DNA of 64,000 bases, taken from contig CAVRBU010000005.1 of NCBI GenBank assembly GCA_963719315.1, forward strand, positions 1-64,000, written 5' to 3'. The number at the start of each line of letters is the position of its first letter. Within the stretch, counting starts at the first letter, position 1. Origin of the DNA: an uncultured Planctomycetota bacterium. Lineage in GTDB: Bacteria; Planctomycetota; Planctomycetia; Pirellulales; Lacipirellulaceae. The notes under the pieces are model-generated. The model saw nothing but the letters and a program-made list of their open reading frames with translations, was not told the origin of the DNA and searched no databases. The translations under genes were made by a program, and so were the position numbers. Below, piece after piece: positions 42,879 to 53,725 of the stretch.

Positions 42879-44705
42879 CTACCGCAAGTTCTCTTCCGTG
42901 TAGAGCAGCAGTTCAATCATTCGTTCGACGAGCTCGTCCGTTGTGTAGCCGGAGAAATTGCGAATCACGAGCTCCTTGGCGAACAGCCGGCAAATGTAGC
43001 GGAGCTTGAGCGACTTGTTTCGTGCGGCGTAGACGAAATCGCGGTGTCCGTTATTGATGACAATCACATTTTGCTCAGCGTCGTATCGACTCCGCCAAAG
43101 CTCGCCGGGACGTTTCTCGAACGTGTAATCCGGCAAGCCGCCCTGGATATCGGACTTGGGGCGTTCGGGTAGAATCGAATCGGTGACGGCAATGAGCGAA
43201 TCCGCGGTCGCCGCCACTTCGCCTTGTCGAACGCAAATTCGAATTCGCACCAATTGTGGCTCGTCCGGGGCCGTGAGCGTCACGATTTCGCCGACTTGGT
43301 TGGTTAGCTGCGCAAGACCTTCCACAACCGTCCACTCGCAGGCAATGCCCTGATCGATTTGCCGCCCGCCACGATCGCGAGCGATCGCGCGAAACTGCCT
43401 GGCCGTATTCACCGGCATGGTACACGTGGCGGGCGCGATGCGGACACTGAAAAGGGGTCCCGCATATTCAAAGAATTGCCGTTGCCCGTCTTCATCGCCG
43501 GGCGCTTGGTCCGTGGCGAGCGGCTCGACGACCATATCGCTCTTCAGCGGTATTCCCGCATGCGCCCCGCCGACACGTTTTCGCCGGTGGCCGTCCACGC
43601 CGTAGGCCTCGAACCAATCGTATTCTTCCTCCGGCAGAACTAGCAGCGCCTCGCGAAACGCGCGTTGAATGGCGCGGAGCGTTTCGCGATTGCTCGTTTC
43701 CTCGGCGGCCTGCTGCTGCTGGCGGACGATGTAATCGAGCGCCGCTTCGAGTTCTCCGAGCGACTCCAGAAAGTGCGCAAATCGCTCGTCGTGGATGACA
43801 CCGAGGCGCGACCCCGGCGTGAGATTCAGAAATGTCGCGTCGACGACACCTTGCAGGTAGCCCGTCGTCCAGGGTGGGCGCTGAAAGCTGTCGATACTAG
43901 TCAGGCTTTCCAATACGCGCGTGCCAGACCGATACAAGCCAACCTGGTTCCCGGGATTCGGCTCGGCGACGTACAGTTCAATGTAGACTTCGCCATGCGA
44001 CGCGACAGGAGTGGGCAAGTGGTGCAGCAATTGTCCGCCGAAGGCCCGCGGTTCAACGCGAAATTCGGCCCGAGCCTGCCGATCGACGATTCGAATCTCG
44101 GCGCCCGATTGGCGAATTCGGTCGCGCAATTCCGAGGCCAGGTACCACTGCAACTTCTCGCCGCTGAAGTGGCGGATTCCCGGTAACAGTGGCTGGATTG
44201 CCAACTCAGTCCCCGCGCCGGGCAGCAATCGTCGGATCTGGGCAACCGAGTAATTAGGCGCCCCTTTTGCCATCCGCATTTCATAAGCCTTGCCGTCGCT
44301 CCCGGCCGAGACCAAGCTCAATGATTCGCCGACGGTCCAAAAACTCAGCAATCCGATGCCGAACTCACCTTGGATACCACTTTGCCCCCGGGCCTTCATC
44401 TGCCGCTTGATCGAATCACAAATGTGAGTGGCGACATACTTGAAGTTCGGCTTGCCGTCGCCGTCAAGCGGCACACCGTCGCCGTCGTCGACAATCTTGA
44501 GATAGGACTGGCCGCGGGTGCGTCCCCGAATGACCGTGATGTGCTGGGCGTGAGCGTCGATGCTATTCTCGACGAATTCGGCCACCGCCTTGAGCGGATT
44601 CGATTGCGATAGCGCGATGATGTTGATCGCATTCCAATCGTCGCCGATGCGAAGCTTGCCCGTCTGCTCGCGCGAGGGCTTTCGTTTGGAAGAGGAAGGA
44701 GACAT
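42879..44705 (-). CDS. GHKL (MORC/HSP90-like) ATPase
   Basis: Bergerat motifs AEFVENSIDA, VDDGDG, GEFGIGLLS, GTEL; S5-like region; beta-rich Ig-like segment; C-terminal IVINNGHRDF. Confidence 0.82.
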   Translation of the reverse strand: MSPSSSKRKPSREQTGKLRIGDDWNAINIIALSQSNPLKAVAEFVENSIDAHAQHITVIRGRTRGQSYLKIVDDGDGVPLDGDGKPNFKYVATHICDSIKRQMKARGQSGIQGEFGIGLLSFWTVGESLSLVSAGSDGKAYEMRMAKGAPNYSVAQIRRLLPGAGTELAIQPLLPGIRHFSGEKLQWYLASELRDRIRQSGAEIRIVDRQARAEFRVEPRAFGGQLLHHLPTPVASHGEVYIELYVAEPNPGNQVGLYRSGTRVLESLTSIDSFQRPPWTTGYLQGVVDATFLNLTPGSRLGVIHDERFAHFLESLGELEAALDYIVRQQQQAAEETSNRETLRAIQRAFREALLVLPEEEYDWFEAYGVDGHRRKRVGGAHAGIPLKSDMVVEPLATDQAPGDEDGQRQFFEYAGPLFSVRIAPATCTMPVNTARQFRAIARDRGGRQIDQGIACEWTVVEGLAQLTNQVGEIVTLTAPDEPQLVRIRICVRQGEVAATADSLIAVTDSILPERPKSDIQGGLPDYTFEKRPGELWRSRYDAEQNVIVINNGHRDFVYAARNKSLKLRYICRLFAKELVIRNFSGYTTDELVERMIELLLYTEENLR

Positions 44706-44844
44706 TTGTCGCAATCGCTGCTAGTCCAACGCTGGGAACGGCGAATAGCTTAAGCAAAATCGGAATGCACTTGGCGCGGTTGCACCAGCTGATGCATGAT
44801 ACGATTTGACCAAACTCGCGGCTCGTCCGGAAGGAGGAGGACAC

Positions 44845-47514
44845 ATGACAACCAAGGTCAGCCATCGCCTCACGCTCAAGGATCGGCTCTCTCGGCTCAA
44901 TTTTACGCAGGCCTGCAAATTGCTGGGCGCGGAAGGCCGCCAACTCATCCAAAGCGGTGGGAAGTACGAGATCGATCTCGATGAACAGGTTTATCTGGAA
45001 GGCGATCTGTTTCGCATTAAATTCGCCGATGCGGTCGTCACTATTACGCTCATGGCCGAGGCTCGCGACCGCCTCCACTGGAACTGCACGACGTGCCAAT
45101 GGCCGTGTGAGCATGCCGGGGCCGCGTTCTCGTTGCTGCTCGAGGAAAAGACCGCGTTGGGCCTGGCCGCCCCGCCGCCCGAACGAATCCCGGTCGAGAG
45201 TCTCAATGAGGAAGAGCTGATTCGGCGGGCACTGGCGGAACGCGACGAACGATCTCGCAAGGAAAAGTTCAAACTCCAATCGCAGGATCCGGCGCGGCCA
45301 TGGACCGATTACATGATCACGAGCGCCGCGTCGGGCAAGTCGTACCGGGTCGCCCTGCGGGGACGCGAGCGCGGCATCTCCTATTGCTCGTGTCCCGATT
45401 TTCGCACCAATTCGCTGGGCACGTGCAAACACATCCTCTACACGCTGCGGCGAGTCACGAAGAAGTTCGCGCCGGCAGTGCTACGACGCCCTTACCGCCG
45501 AAAGCACTTGAGTGTCCACCTTACATCCGGTGACCGATTGGCGCTTCGCTTCGAGGTGCCCGACAAACTCGACGATCAGGCCGCGGCGATCGTGAAGCCA
45601 CTCGTCGGCCGCGACATTCAGGATGCGCACGATTTGGTCGAGCGGCTCACCCGGCTGGAACGTCTCGGCCAACAAGTAACCGTCTATCCCGACGCAGAAG
45701 AATTCATTCAACAACGGTTATTTCAAGGCCGAATTAAATCGCTCGTCGATGAAATCCGTCGCGACCCCGCGCGGCATCCATTGCGCAAACAATTGCTCAA
45801 GACCGAGTTGCTTCCCTATCAACTAGATGGCATTGCCTTCGCCGTCGGGGCTGGCCGGGCCGTGCTGGCCGACGACATGGGGTTGGGCAAAACGATTCAA
45901 GGCGTCGGCGTCGCCGAGATGTTGGCCCAACAAGCCGGCATTCGCAAGGTTCTGGTGATTTGCCCCACGTCGCTCAAGTCGCAGTGGCGGAATGAGATCG
46001 AGCGATTCTCGAACCGTTCGTGCCAGTTGGTGCTGGGCGCGATGGCCGAGCGGCCCGCCCAATACGACAACGACGCGTTTTTCACCGTTTGCAACTACGA
46101 GCAGGTGCTGCGCGATCTGCTGGCCGTCGAGCGCGTTAAGTGGGACTTGATCATTCTGGACGAGGGCCAACGCATCAAAAACTGGGAAGCCAAAACCACG
46201 CACGTCGTCAAGCGCCTCAAGTCGCCGTTCGCACTCGTGCTCTCGGGAACACCGCTGGAGAACCGCATCGACGAATTGTATAGCGTCGTGCAGTTCGTCG
46301 ATGATCGGCGGCTTGGCCCCGCGTTTCGGTTCTTCAATCGGCATCGCGTCGCCGACGAAAAGGGCAAAGTGCTCGGTTACAAGAACCTGGACCAGCTCCG
46401 GCAGCACCTGGCGCCGATTCTGTTGCGCCGCACGCGCGAGCAGGTCCTGACGCAGTTGCCTGATCGCACGACGGAGATCGTGCGGATCGAACCCACGGAA
46501 GAGCAGTTGGCCATTCATGCCAGCCAGATGAAAATCGTCGCCTCGATCGTCCGAAAATCGTTCATCAGCGAGATGGACTTGCTCCGTCTGCGGCAAGCCC
46601 TGCTCATGTGCCGCATGGCCGCCAATAGCACGTTTCTGTGCGAAAAACGGCAACCTTCGTACTCCAGCAAGCTCGAGCGGCTGGAAGAAATCCTGGAGCA
46701 GAGCTTCGTCGAGTCCGATCGCAAGGCGATTCTCTTCTCCGAATGGACGACCATGCTCGGACTCGTCGAGGAGATTCTCGCGCGGCTAAAGCTGAAATAC
46801 GTGCGACTCGATGGCTCCGTCCCCCAGAAGCAGCGGCAACGTTTGGTCAATGAGTTTCAAACAAATTCTGACTGTCGCCTCTTCATCACCACGAACGCCG
46901 GTTCGACGGGCTTGAACCTCCAAGCGGCCAATACGGTCATCAATTGCGACCTGCCCTGGAACCCAGCCATCCTCGAACAACGGATTGCCCGCGCCCACCG
47001 CATGGGTCAAAAGCAGCCCGTTCATGCATACCTGCTGGTCACCGAGCAAACCTTGGAAGAGAGCTTGCTGACGACATTGTCGGCCAAGAAGGACCTAGCT
47101 CTGGCCGCGTTGGATGTCGATTCGGACATTGCCGAAGTTTCGCTGGTTAGCGGCGCCGAAGAGCTCCGCGGCCGACTGGAAATCCTGCTGGGCGCCAAAC
47201 CACAAGCGCCACTCGACGTGGGCCAACGAACGGAGGTCGTCGATGCCGGCCGCCAGGCCCATCGCGACCGCGTCGCCGCAGCGGGCGGCGAATTGCTCGG
47301 CGCGGTGTTCAGTTTCCTCGGCGAACTAGTCTCTCAACAAGGAGTCGCCCAGCCCCCCGCACCTGACGCCGTGGCCGGCTTGAAGCAACGGCTGGCCGAG
47401 TGTGTTGAGGAAGACCACCAGGGCCGACAACGCCTGTCGATCACTCTTCCGAACCGGCAAACGCTCGACAACTTGGCCGCCACGCTGGCACAACTGCTGG
47501 TAGCGAAGCCATAG
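44845..47514 (+). CDS. SWIM zinc-finger SNF2 helicase
   Basis: RBS AGGAGGAGG; SWIM-like CTTCQWPCEH and CSCPDFRTNSLGTCKH; LADDMGLGKT, LDEGQRIKN, LSGTPLEN, GLNLQAA, QRIARAHRMGQ. Confidence 0.92.
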   Translation: MTTKVSHRLTLKDRLSRLNFTQACKLLGAEGRQLIQSGGKYEIDLDEQVYLEGDLFRIKFADAVVTITLMAEARDRLHWNCTTCQWPCEHAGAAFSLLLEEKTALGLAAPPPERIPVESLNEEELIRRALAERDERSRKEKFKLQSQDPARPWTDYMITSAASGKSYRVALRGRERGISYCSCPDFRTNSLGTCKHILYTLRRVTKKFAPAVLRRPYRRKHLSVHLTSGDRLALRFEVPDKLDDQAAAIVKPLVGRDIQDAHDLVERLTRLERLGQQVTVYPDAEEFIQQRLFQGRIKSLVDEIRRDPARHPLRKQLLKTELLPYQLDGIAFAVGAGRAVLADDMGLGKTIQGVGVAEMLAQQAGIRKVLVICPTSLKSQWRNEIERFSNRSCQLVLGAMAERPAQYDNDAFFTVCNYEQVLRDLLAVERVKWDLIILDEGQRIKNWEAKTTHVVKRLKSPFALVLSGTPLENRIDELYSVVQFVDDRRLGPAFRFFNRHRVADEKGKVLGYKNLDQLRQHLAPILLRRTREQVLTQLPDRTTEIVRIEPTEEQLAIHASQMKIVASIVRKSFISEMDLLRLRQALLMCRMAANSTFLCEKRQPSYSSKLERLEEILEQSFVESDRKAILFSEWTTMLGLVEEILARLKLKYVRLDGSVPQKQRQRLVNEFQTNSDCRLFITTNAGSTGLNLQAANTVINCDLPWNPAILEQRIARAHRMGQKQPVHAYLLVTEQTLEESLLTTLSAKKDLALAALDVDSDIAEVSLVSGAEELRGRLEILLGAKPQAPLDVGQRTEVVDAGRQAHRDRVAAAGGELLGAVFSFLGELVSQQGVAQPPAPDAVAGLKQRLAECVEEDHQGRQRLSITLPNRQTLDNLAATLAQLLVAKP

Positions 47515-47523
47515 TGATTTCGC

Positions 47524-47621
47524 AAGTTAGTGGAGGCGGCTGGAATCGAAATTGTCCGTCTCGTCGATACTTATCGGGCACGACTGGTATCGAGTAGACG
47601 GACGTATTTCATGACGTATTT
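47524..47621 (-). mobile_element. tmRNA 3'-end-like att relic with hairpin and direct repeats
   Basis: 47524-47550 matches 3651-3677 at 25/27 nt; followed by an imperfect hairpin (47554-47603) and GACGTATTT x2 (47601, 47613). Confidence 0.6.
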
Positions 47622-47831
47622 TGTCGCGTCGGTCGATGAGCCGACACGCGGCAGCAGCTCGTCAGAGGACTGGCGGCAACCGTTTCAAAAACAAGAAGTA
47701 CATAGTGTATGTTGAGCGTTGACGAGTTGATGAGTTGATGGAACTCGTGAGGAAGATAGGAGGAGTGTACCTTAGTCAGCGTACATCATTTCCGTTGTCA
47801 GCGAGACATTGAAGGTTGGCCCGTTGTTCGA

Positions 47832-50798
47832 TCAACTTAGGCTCTGCCAATCAACGTCAATTCGTGTGTGCAGACGTCGGGCTGCGTCGGCGACGCCGGG
47901 GAATGCACATTCGATCCCGTGTGCGAGCGCTCGCGGCGAAATGCCAGTCTCTTCCGAGACCACGAGCACATCATCGACGGCTGCGGGGACAATCTTCGCA
48001 AGCGGCATTGCCAATTGTAGTTTTTTCACCGCTCCACATTGTATCTCGCCGATCGGAACAAATAGCAGCGTGCGCCGTTCGCTGCCGCATTGCAACGTAT
48101 TGGCAAATGCGTGCGCAAACATTTGGCCAGTCGCCTTATCGAGATCGACGAGAGCGGCGATTGCTTCCGAAACGTCCGGCCGAGTCAGGCTTTCCTCAAG
48201 CAGGGACCGACTCTCAATCTGAACCAACTCGTCCACCGCGCCCGTCGGCAGAAAGTTATCGGGCTGCCTTGGATCAAAGTTCCCAACCCTTTGGCTTAGA
48301 ACGCGCCGACTGCACGCGGCAATCAAGGGGCGGAGTATCGATGATTCGGCGATCCGAGATCTAGAAGGGCCATGCCCCACGTGCCTAGCGAGGGCAAAAA
48401 CGGCGGCACACGCCGTGTCGGCGATTAACTTTGCATCGTGCGCTAGAATGAGCGGCCGGCCCCGGTCGTCACGGGATTCTAGTTGACGCTGAATTTGCCG
48501 CAACACTTCGCTCGTAAATTCGAGCCGCATGAATTCCTTGAATCGGCCGCGAAGAGCTGACGTCGATGCGTCGTTGGCCGGAGCGGCTGCTGGCGGAGCG
48601 TCCGAGTCGCTGCCGTTCGCCGTCTCCAACTTCGGAGTGCTTGCGGCTTGTTGTTCATCGCGTACTAATCGCTGCCAATCGGCGCTAGTGTCGTGGGTAA
48701 GCCAATGACACTTAACAGCGTCGGCGAGGTCGTCGGCTAGTTCATCAATGAATTTGCGTTTTTGGACGGCCAGCGAAGCGTAGCCTGACATCCTGAGCAT
48801 GAGCGAACGGCCGCACGACTGTTCACGCGGAGTCGGCGACACTCGGCACGAGCGAAGCATCGCTCGGGCATCGGGCCCCCACTCCAGAGCCAAGTACCTG
48901 GCTGCCGCACCGAGAGCATCGGCCGAATTCGCATCCGGCGTGCGAGTATTTGCCGGCACCCAAGACACACTATCGAATGGTGCTTCACGCGATTCGAATA
49001 ATTGAATTCGTGACTTCCTTTCGCCAGTGCTTTCATTGCCGAGGGCCATCACATGATTTAGTTCTGTAAGTAGCGAATAGGTATTTGCAGCCACAAGTGG
49101 CGACAAATTGTTGTTCGCGAAGCAGGTGCAGACGAAGAAACCGTGGACATCGACTTGAAGACCGCGAGTGGCGGCTACCGACTTAGCTGCATTGGCGATA
49201 TCGATCGCCATACCGGCTCCTGTGCCGCCACCCGTGCCTGCGAGAATCACCACTCTGATTGTTCCGTCGCGAGTCTCGCCCGCAGCGTCGGTCGAGCCAG
49301 CAAGTGCGCCGAGCTGCTGGAGCTTTTTGTCGATGAGGTCGCGCACCCGCTGACAGTGATCCACAAGGGCAATGCGTCCGAGGGGTCGATAACCGCGGGT
49401 TTCCAGCGATCGCGGAATGTTATAAAGCCATCGACGACTTACCCATCCGTGAATGTCGGGCGAGTCGTCGTAGCTTTTCGGCAGCCGCAACGGCAAGTGC
49501 AGCGTGTCGTCTGAGGAAAGTGGTGATTTCCAACGACCAGAACAAGCCTCACGCAATTCATCGCGATCGGTATCCAGCGCGAGCGCTTCGATCGCGTCGT
49601 CGACATTAACGGATTCATCTTGGGACGCGGTCAGCGCGCGCAGCTTGCAGAGCAAGTGAATCCCGACGCCGCCGGCTGCCACATATAGAGTCGGCTGCTC
49701 GCGGCGCAGGAGTTGGTCAATCGCGGGAGCCGCAATGTCGACGGTTTCCTCGGCGACGAATTCTGCCGGCCCGACTGCGGATTCCATCCTCAGCGGCGCG
49801 GCTGGCGACATTTCACGTTTAACTGGCTGTGTAAACGTCGCGCCGAGTTTATCCGGCGCCTGATCCGGTGTCCGACGGAGTGTCGCGCAAAGCGATGTTG
49901 GCTTCGTGTCGTCGGGATCAGGCGTAGATGGCTGCGAGACAACGGGAATCGGCCGAGGATGCTCTGTCGGTGGCGTGGTTAGCGATATTTCCGCACCGTG
50001 CAGGAGCACATCGACAAAGGCGCGGCAGGACGGAAATCGATCTGCCGGCTTCTTGGCGAGCGCTCGCGCAACTGCTTGGCGGTCATCGGCCGGCAGCGAT
50101 GCCAGTTGCGGTTCGGACTGCGTGTGTTGCTTGGCGAGTTGAGCAGCCGTGCGACCTGGAAAGGGCAAGGTGCCCACCAGCATTTGCTGATAAACGATCG
50201 CCAGACTGTACTGATCGCTTTGGGCCGACGGCTCGTCGTCGAAAATCTCGGGTGCCGCGTAAGTAGGCGTCATCCCGGAAACGAGCGAATTCTGGGTTCG
50301 CGTGGCGAGTTCCTTCACAAGTCCGAAGTCAGCCACTTTCACGTGATCGCCCGAAATAAGCAAGTTTTCCGGCTTGATGTCGAGGTGCAACAGACTATGC
50401 CGCTGCGAGAGGAAGTCGAGTGCCTCAGCCGCGTCGGACATGTAGCGCAACAGCTCGCCGCGTGGAATACCGGGGAGATCCTCCTTCTGGCATTGGCTGA
50501 GCCGCTGGTCGAGGCTCATGTCGGCCAACTCGGTCAGTATGGCTAGCCGACCGTTCACGACTTCAAAACGTTCGAGCGACAGCAAGAACGGGTGTCGCAC
50601 TCCCTTTATTCGCTCGAGCGCTTTGAGTTCTTGTGCAGCAAACTCTTCGTTGTAGTAGCCGTAGACGATCTTGACTGCTTTTTCTATTCCCCCAGGCGCC
50701 TCGGCGCGCCACACTTCGGCGTAGCCGCCCGAACCTATGCGTTCGCTCAGCACGTAGCCGGGCAGCACAATGTCACACGCTTGGATGCCGATCGACAT
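47832..50798 (-). CDS. Ser/Thr protein kinase fused to a tubulin/FtsZ-like GTPase domain
   Basis: Kinase motifs IGSGGYAEV, AVK, HLDIKPEN, DFG, APE; Pro-rich linker; tubulin-like LYVAAGGVG, RPLGRIAL and signature GGGTGAGM. Confidence 0.88.
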   Translation of the reverse strand: MSIGIQACDIVLPGYVLSERIGSGGYAEVWRAEAPGGIEKAVKIVYGYYNEEFAAQELKALERIKGVRHPFLLSLERFEVVNGRLAILTELADMSLDQRLSQCQKEDLPGIPRGELLRYMSDAAEALDFLSQRHSLLHLDIKPENLLISGDHVKVADFGLVKELATRTQNSLVSGMTPTYAAPEIFDDEPSAQSDQYSLAIVYQQMLVGTLPFPGRTAAQLAKQHTQSEPQLASLPADDRQAVARALAKKPADRFPSCRAFVDVLLHGAEISLTTPPTEHPRPIPVVSQPSTPDPDDTKPTSLCATLRRTPDQAPDKLGATFTQPVKREMSPAAPLRMESAVGPAEFVAEETVDIAAPAIDQLLRREQPTLYVAAGGVGIHLLCKLRALTASQDESVNVDDAIEALALDTDRDELREACSGRWKSPLSSDDTLHLPLRLPKSYDDSPDIHGWVSRRWLYNIPRSLETRGYRPLGRIALVDHCQRVRDLIDKKLQQLGALAGSTDAAGETRDGTIRVVILAGTGGGTGAGMAIDIANAAKSVAATRGLQVDVHGFFVCTCFANNNLSPLVAANTYSLLTELNHVMALGNESTGERKSRIQLFESREAPFDSVSWVPANTRTPDANSADALGAAARYLALEWGPDARAMLRSCRVSPTPREQSCGRSLMLRMSGYASLAVQKRKFIDELADDLADAVKCHWLTHDTSADWQRLVRDEQQAASTPKLETANGSDSDAPPAAAPANDASTSALRGRFKEFMRLEFTSEVLRQIQRQLESRDDRGRPLILAHDAKLIADTACAAVFALARHVGHGPSRSRIAESSILRPLIAACSRRVLSQRVGNFDPRQPDNFLPTGAVDELVQIESRSLLEESLTRPDVSEAIAALVDLDKATGQMFAHAFANTLQCGSERRTLLFVPIGEIQCGAVKKLQLAMPLAKIVPAAVDDVLVVSEETGISPRALAHGIECAFPGVADAARRLHTRIDVDWQSLS

Positions 50799-50832
50799 AG
50801 ATCAAATCGTGGTACGTAACTACTATGTGCGG

Positions 50833-51955
50833 TTAAGCTGTCACGCGCAAATCGGCATTCGACGCCGAAGTGCGCGACGAGGCCATCAGCACCAGGTCGA
50901 AGCCGATTTCTCGACAAAGTGCTACCGTGTGTTCGGATTGGTTGCAGGGCAGCACCGGTTTGATCGCAAGTTCTTCGCAGGCAGCCAGTAGCGATTCCAG
51001 CCGCCGCAGCGGCTGGCGCATCGAACGTCAAATCGTTCGTCATGTTCGCCGCCAACACTAAGTAGTCGGGCAGCAATGATTTGAGGTGTAGAACCTGCGC
51101 GCCGTTGCCTTGAAACTCGTCGAATGCCACGCGCAGTTCGTGTTCCCGTGCATCTTGGTAGACTTCGGATATTCTCAGGATGTCCACGTCAGTCGGCAGT
51201 GAAATCAAGATGCCCAGTTCCCAGCCTCCCGGCAGTAGTCCCTGCAGTTGCTTGAGGTTCGAAAACAATCGATGCGGCGCTTCGATATCCGCGGAACCGA
51301 CCGCGAGGTACAAGCGCTGTGAGTCGTTTCGCTTGATCGCCAACTCCAGTGCCCGCGTCCGCTCCAGTTCCCGGTATCGTTCACCCACGACGTGTGGTTG
51401 ATCGAGAATCGGCTGCTGCTTCGCGTTCGCGGTGGTCGGCGATAGGTAAGCTTCCGTCACGCCACGCCGCAACGACGTAGCTGCCAACAATTGAGTTGGG
51501 ATGACCTGACGAAGTGTGGCCTCGGTCATCATCCGGATAGCGGCGACCTCGGGTGGCAGAGCGTAGAGAGCTGGCGCGACCTTCCGAGATTGTATTGGCT
51601 GCGTCACCATCCTCTGGAACTGCGATGCGGCCGAGGCAATAAACGTCATCTCCGTCTCGGCTACTTTGAGAATGTCACCGTCGGCGAGCAGCATCTCCTC
51701 GATCGGCTTACCGTTGACTTGGGTTCCGTTTGTGCTTCCTAAGTCACGAACGAGCCACATTCCATTCCGTTCCCTGATCTCCGCATGCTCGCGCGAGACT
51801 TCGACCGATTCGACACGCAAATCGGCCGATTCGGCGCGGCCGATACGAAATGGGTAATTCTCGATCGTCACCCGGCGAGCATCACACTCGCCGTCGGAAT
51901 AAAATTCCAGGCACGGTTTGGCCGTCGTTTTTTTCGAAAGCGTGATGTGGGTCAC
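50833..51955 (-). CDS. FHA domain plus degenerate EAL domain protein; frameshift near 51025
   Basis: FHA motifs IGR, VSREHAEI, DLGSTNGTQVNG; EAL-like VAFDEFQG, PDYLVL, GFDLV. The C-terminus continues in ORF 50833-51021. Confidence 0.8.
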
Positions 51956-52199
51956 GGTGGTCGCCAGTCGTGGTAAACATTGTCCGTCCGGCGGCGCACG
52001 CGATTGCGACGTGCACGGCCGGAATAGGAAAAGTTGCTCGCCCGCCGGGCAGTCTCGCAGGATTCTGAGGGATACCCATTAGATACCTTAGCATTTTCCC
52101 AAGATACTAGTTTCCACGAGGCGATTCTCGCGGCCGCATAATTGGGCCCGTGCTAGGTTTGAGAGTGGATCAAACGCTCCAACCCCGGTAACCGGAAGG

Positions 52200-53642
52200 A
52201 TGGCCCTGATGTCGTACGAACTTCGCCCGCTTCAAGTCGTTGTGATTTCGCAACAGGTGTCGTTGCTTCACGATGTTTCGTGGATCCTCGAAGCCGTTGG
52301 ATACAAAGTCCAAACCACCAACGATTTCGGCCAGGACGCTCCTTGGCGGCGATATTCAACCGCTGACTTCATAATCGTCGATGGTCGCGGCATTGCGGAG
52401 CCGACCGCTTCCATTTTTGCACTTGATTCAGATAAACCGCTCTTCCGGATTTTTCTCTACGACCCGACGAAGCCTATCGATTCGTCCGCCTGGTACGCGG
52501 CCGGTGCTCACGATGCGCTCCGCACACCGATTAGCCGCGGCGAGTTTTTGGCGCGCGTTCGCACCGGCGCGAGGTATCTCGAATTCGAGCGACGACTGCA
52601 AAATCGCTCGTCGAGATGCGCGCTGCCCGGCATGTATTCGTGTCGAGGCTTCCTTCGCAAGCTGCGAAAGCTGGCCACGGGTGACGAACTTGGTTCGTCG
52701 CAGCACGTGCTTTTGATGACGTCGATCGATTGGTATGCAGGTATCCGCGGAAAGTGTGGCGAAACGGCCAGCCACGGCCTGGTCAACGCGGCCGCCCGCG
52801 CGATCAAGCGGATTGCGGGTGAGAATGCCGTCTCGGCCTATCTCGGCGAAGGACGATTCGCCACGTTTCTGGTGGGCCAGTCGCCCGCGTCGGCGAAGAA
52901 TGTTGCCGAATCTCTCGCGAGGGATTATGGTAGCCGCGAAAGCCGCCACGAATCGATCCCGCGACCGGCACTCACCAGCGCCGTCGTGTCGTGGTCGACG
53001 AGTAGCAACGCCAATCGCTTTCTGAACGATGCCTTGGAAACGCTCGAACTGGCCGAGCATTCGGGTGGCGGCTACGTCCTATTGGAGGGCGAATTCGGCC
53101 AGGAGTTCGCCGCTTGGAAAGAGGATTTGTCTTCCGGCAACCCGTTTGTAAATGTTGTTGCTCAGGACATCATGGAACCATTTCCCGCGGTATTGCAACT
53201 CGACGCCGAACGGGGCGAACTCGCCGACGTGCTCCGCAGCTCGGGAATTCCCCTGCGACCGTACGTCGATCGCGACGGACGATTGATCGGAATTGCCTTG
53301 GACGAACGGACGAACGGTGAACCGCTGATTGATCTCGCCAGTGGCCTGACCGGCGAATCGCTCGTCATGCCGGAAACGATTTCGTATGACGCCAGCTTTC
53401 CCGAAATCTTTGAAGCGTTCTCTTCACGGGGTTGCGCGACACTGATCGTCACCGCGAATGATCGTCCTCTCGGCTATCTTACCTGCGACGGCTTCTTATC
53501 TATGATCGATCCCATCGACGCGGATTCGTTCGTACATACTGAAGCGTCGGTCGACGACTTGAATTATCTCATCGTGCCACCGTCGATCGGCGAGGCCGCG
53601 TCAGCAGAAACACCGGTAGCTAGCGTATCGGCGACGAATTAG
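52200..53642 (+). CDS. Receiver-like, degenerate GGDEF and CBS-pair protein
   Basis: AAGAHDALRTP...ARVRTGAR receiver end; AYLGEGRF in place of GGDEF; VAQDIMEP, YVDRDGRLIG, PLGYLT CBS motifs. Confidence 0.78.
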   Translation: MALMSYELRPLQVVVISQQVSLLHDVSWILEAVGYKVQTTNDFGQDAPWRRYSTADFIIVDGRGIAEPTASIFALDSDKPLFRIFLYDPTKPIDSSAWYAAGAHDALRTPISRGEFLARVRTGARYLEFERRLQNRSSRCALPGMYSCRGFLRKLRKLATGDELGSSQHVLLMTSIDWYAGIRGKCGETASHGLVNAAARAIKRIAGENAVSAYLGEGRFATFLVGQSPASAKNVAESLARDYGSRESRHESIPRPALTSAVVSWSTSSNANRFLNDALETLELAEHSGGGYVLLEGEFGQEFAAWKEDLSSGNPFVNVVAQDIMEPFPAVLQLDAERGELADVLRSSGIPLRPYVDRDGRLIGIALDERTNGEPLIDLASGLTGESLVMPETISYDASFPEIFEAFSSRGCATLIVTANDRPLGYLTCDGFLSMIDPIDADSFVHTEASVDDLNYLIVPPSIGEAASAETPVASVSATN

Positions 53643-53725
53643 ACATAGTAGCGAATCCGGCCGAGTTAATCGTGCCAAAAATACTCGACGAGCGCGTTGC
53701 CCCGCTCCCCGATTCCAGACGCCGC

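Noticed and set aside
47524..47560. tRNA gene at 47530 or 58860
   Set aside because: Only half an acceptor stem and part of the T-arm match; no cloverleaf can be formed.
47832..49700. Calling the tubulin-like domain FtsZ
   Set aside because: It is fused to a kinase, is highly divergent outside the signature loop and has no division-cluster context.
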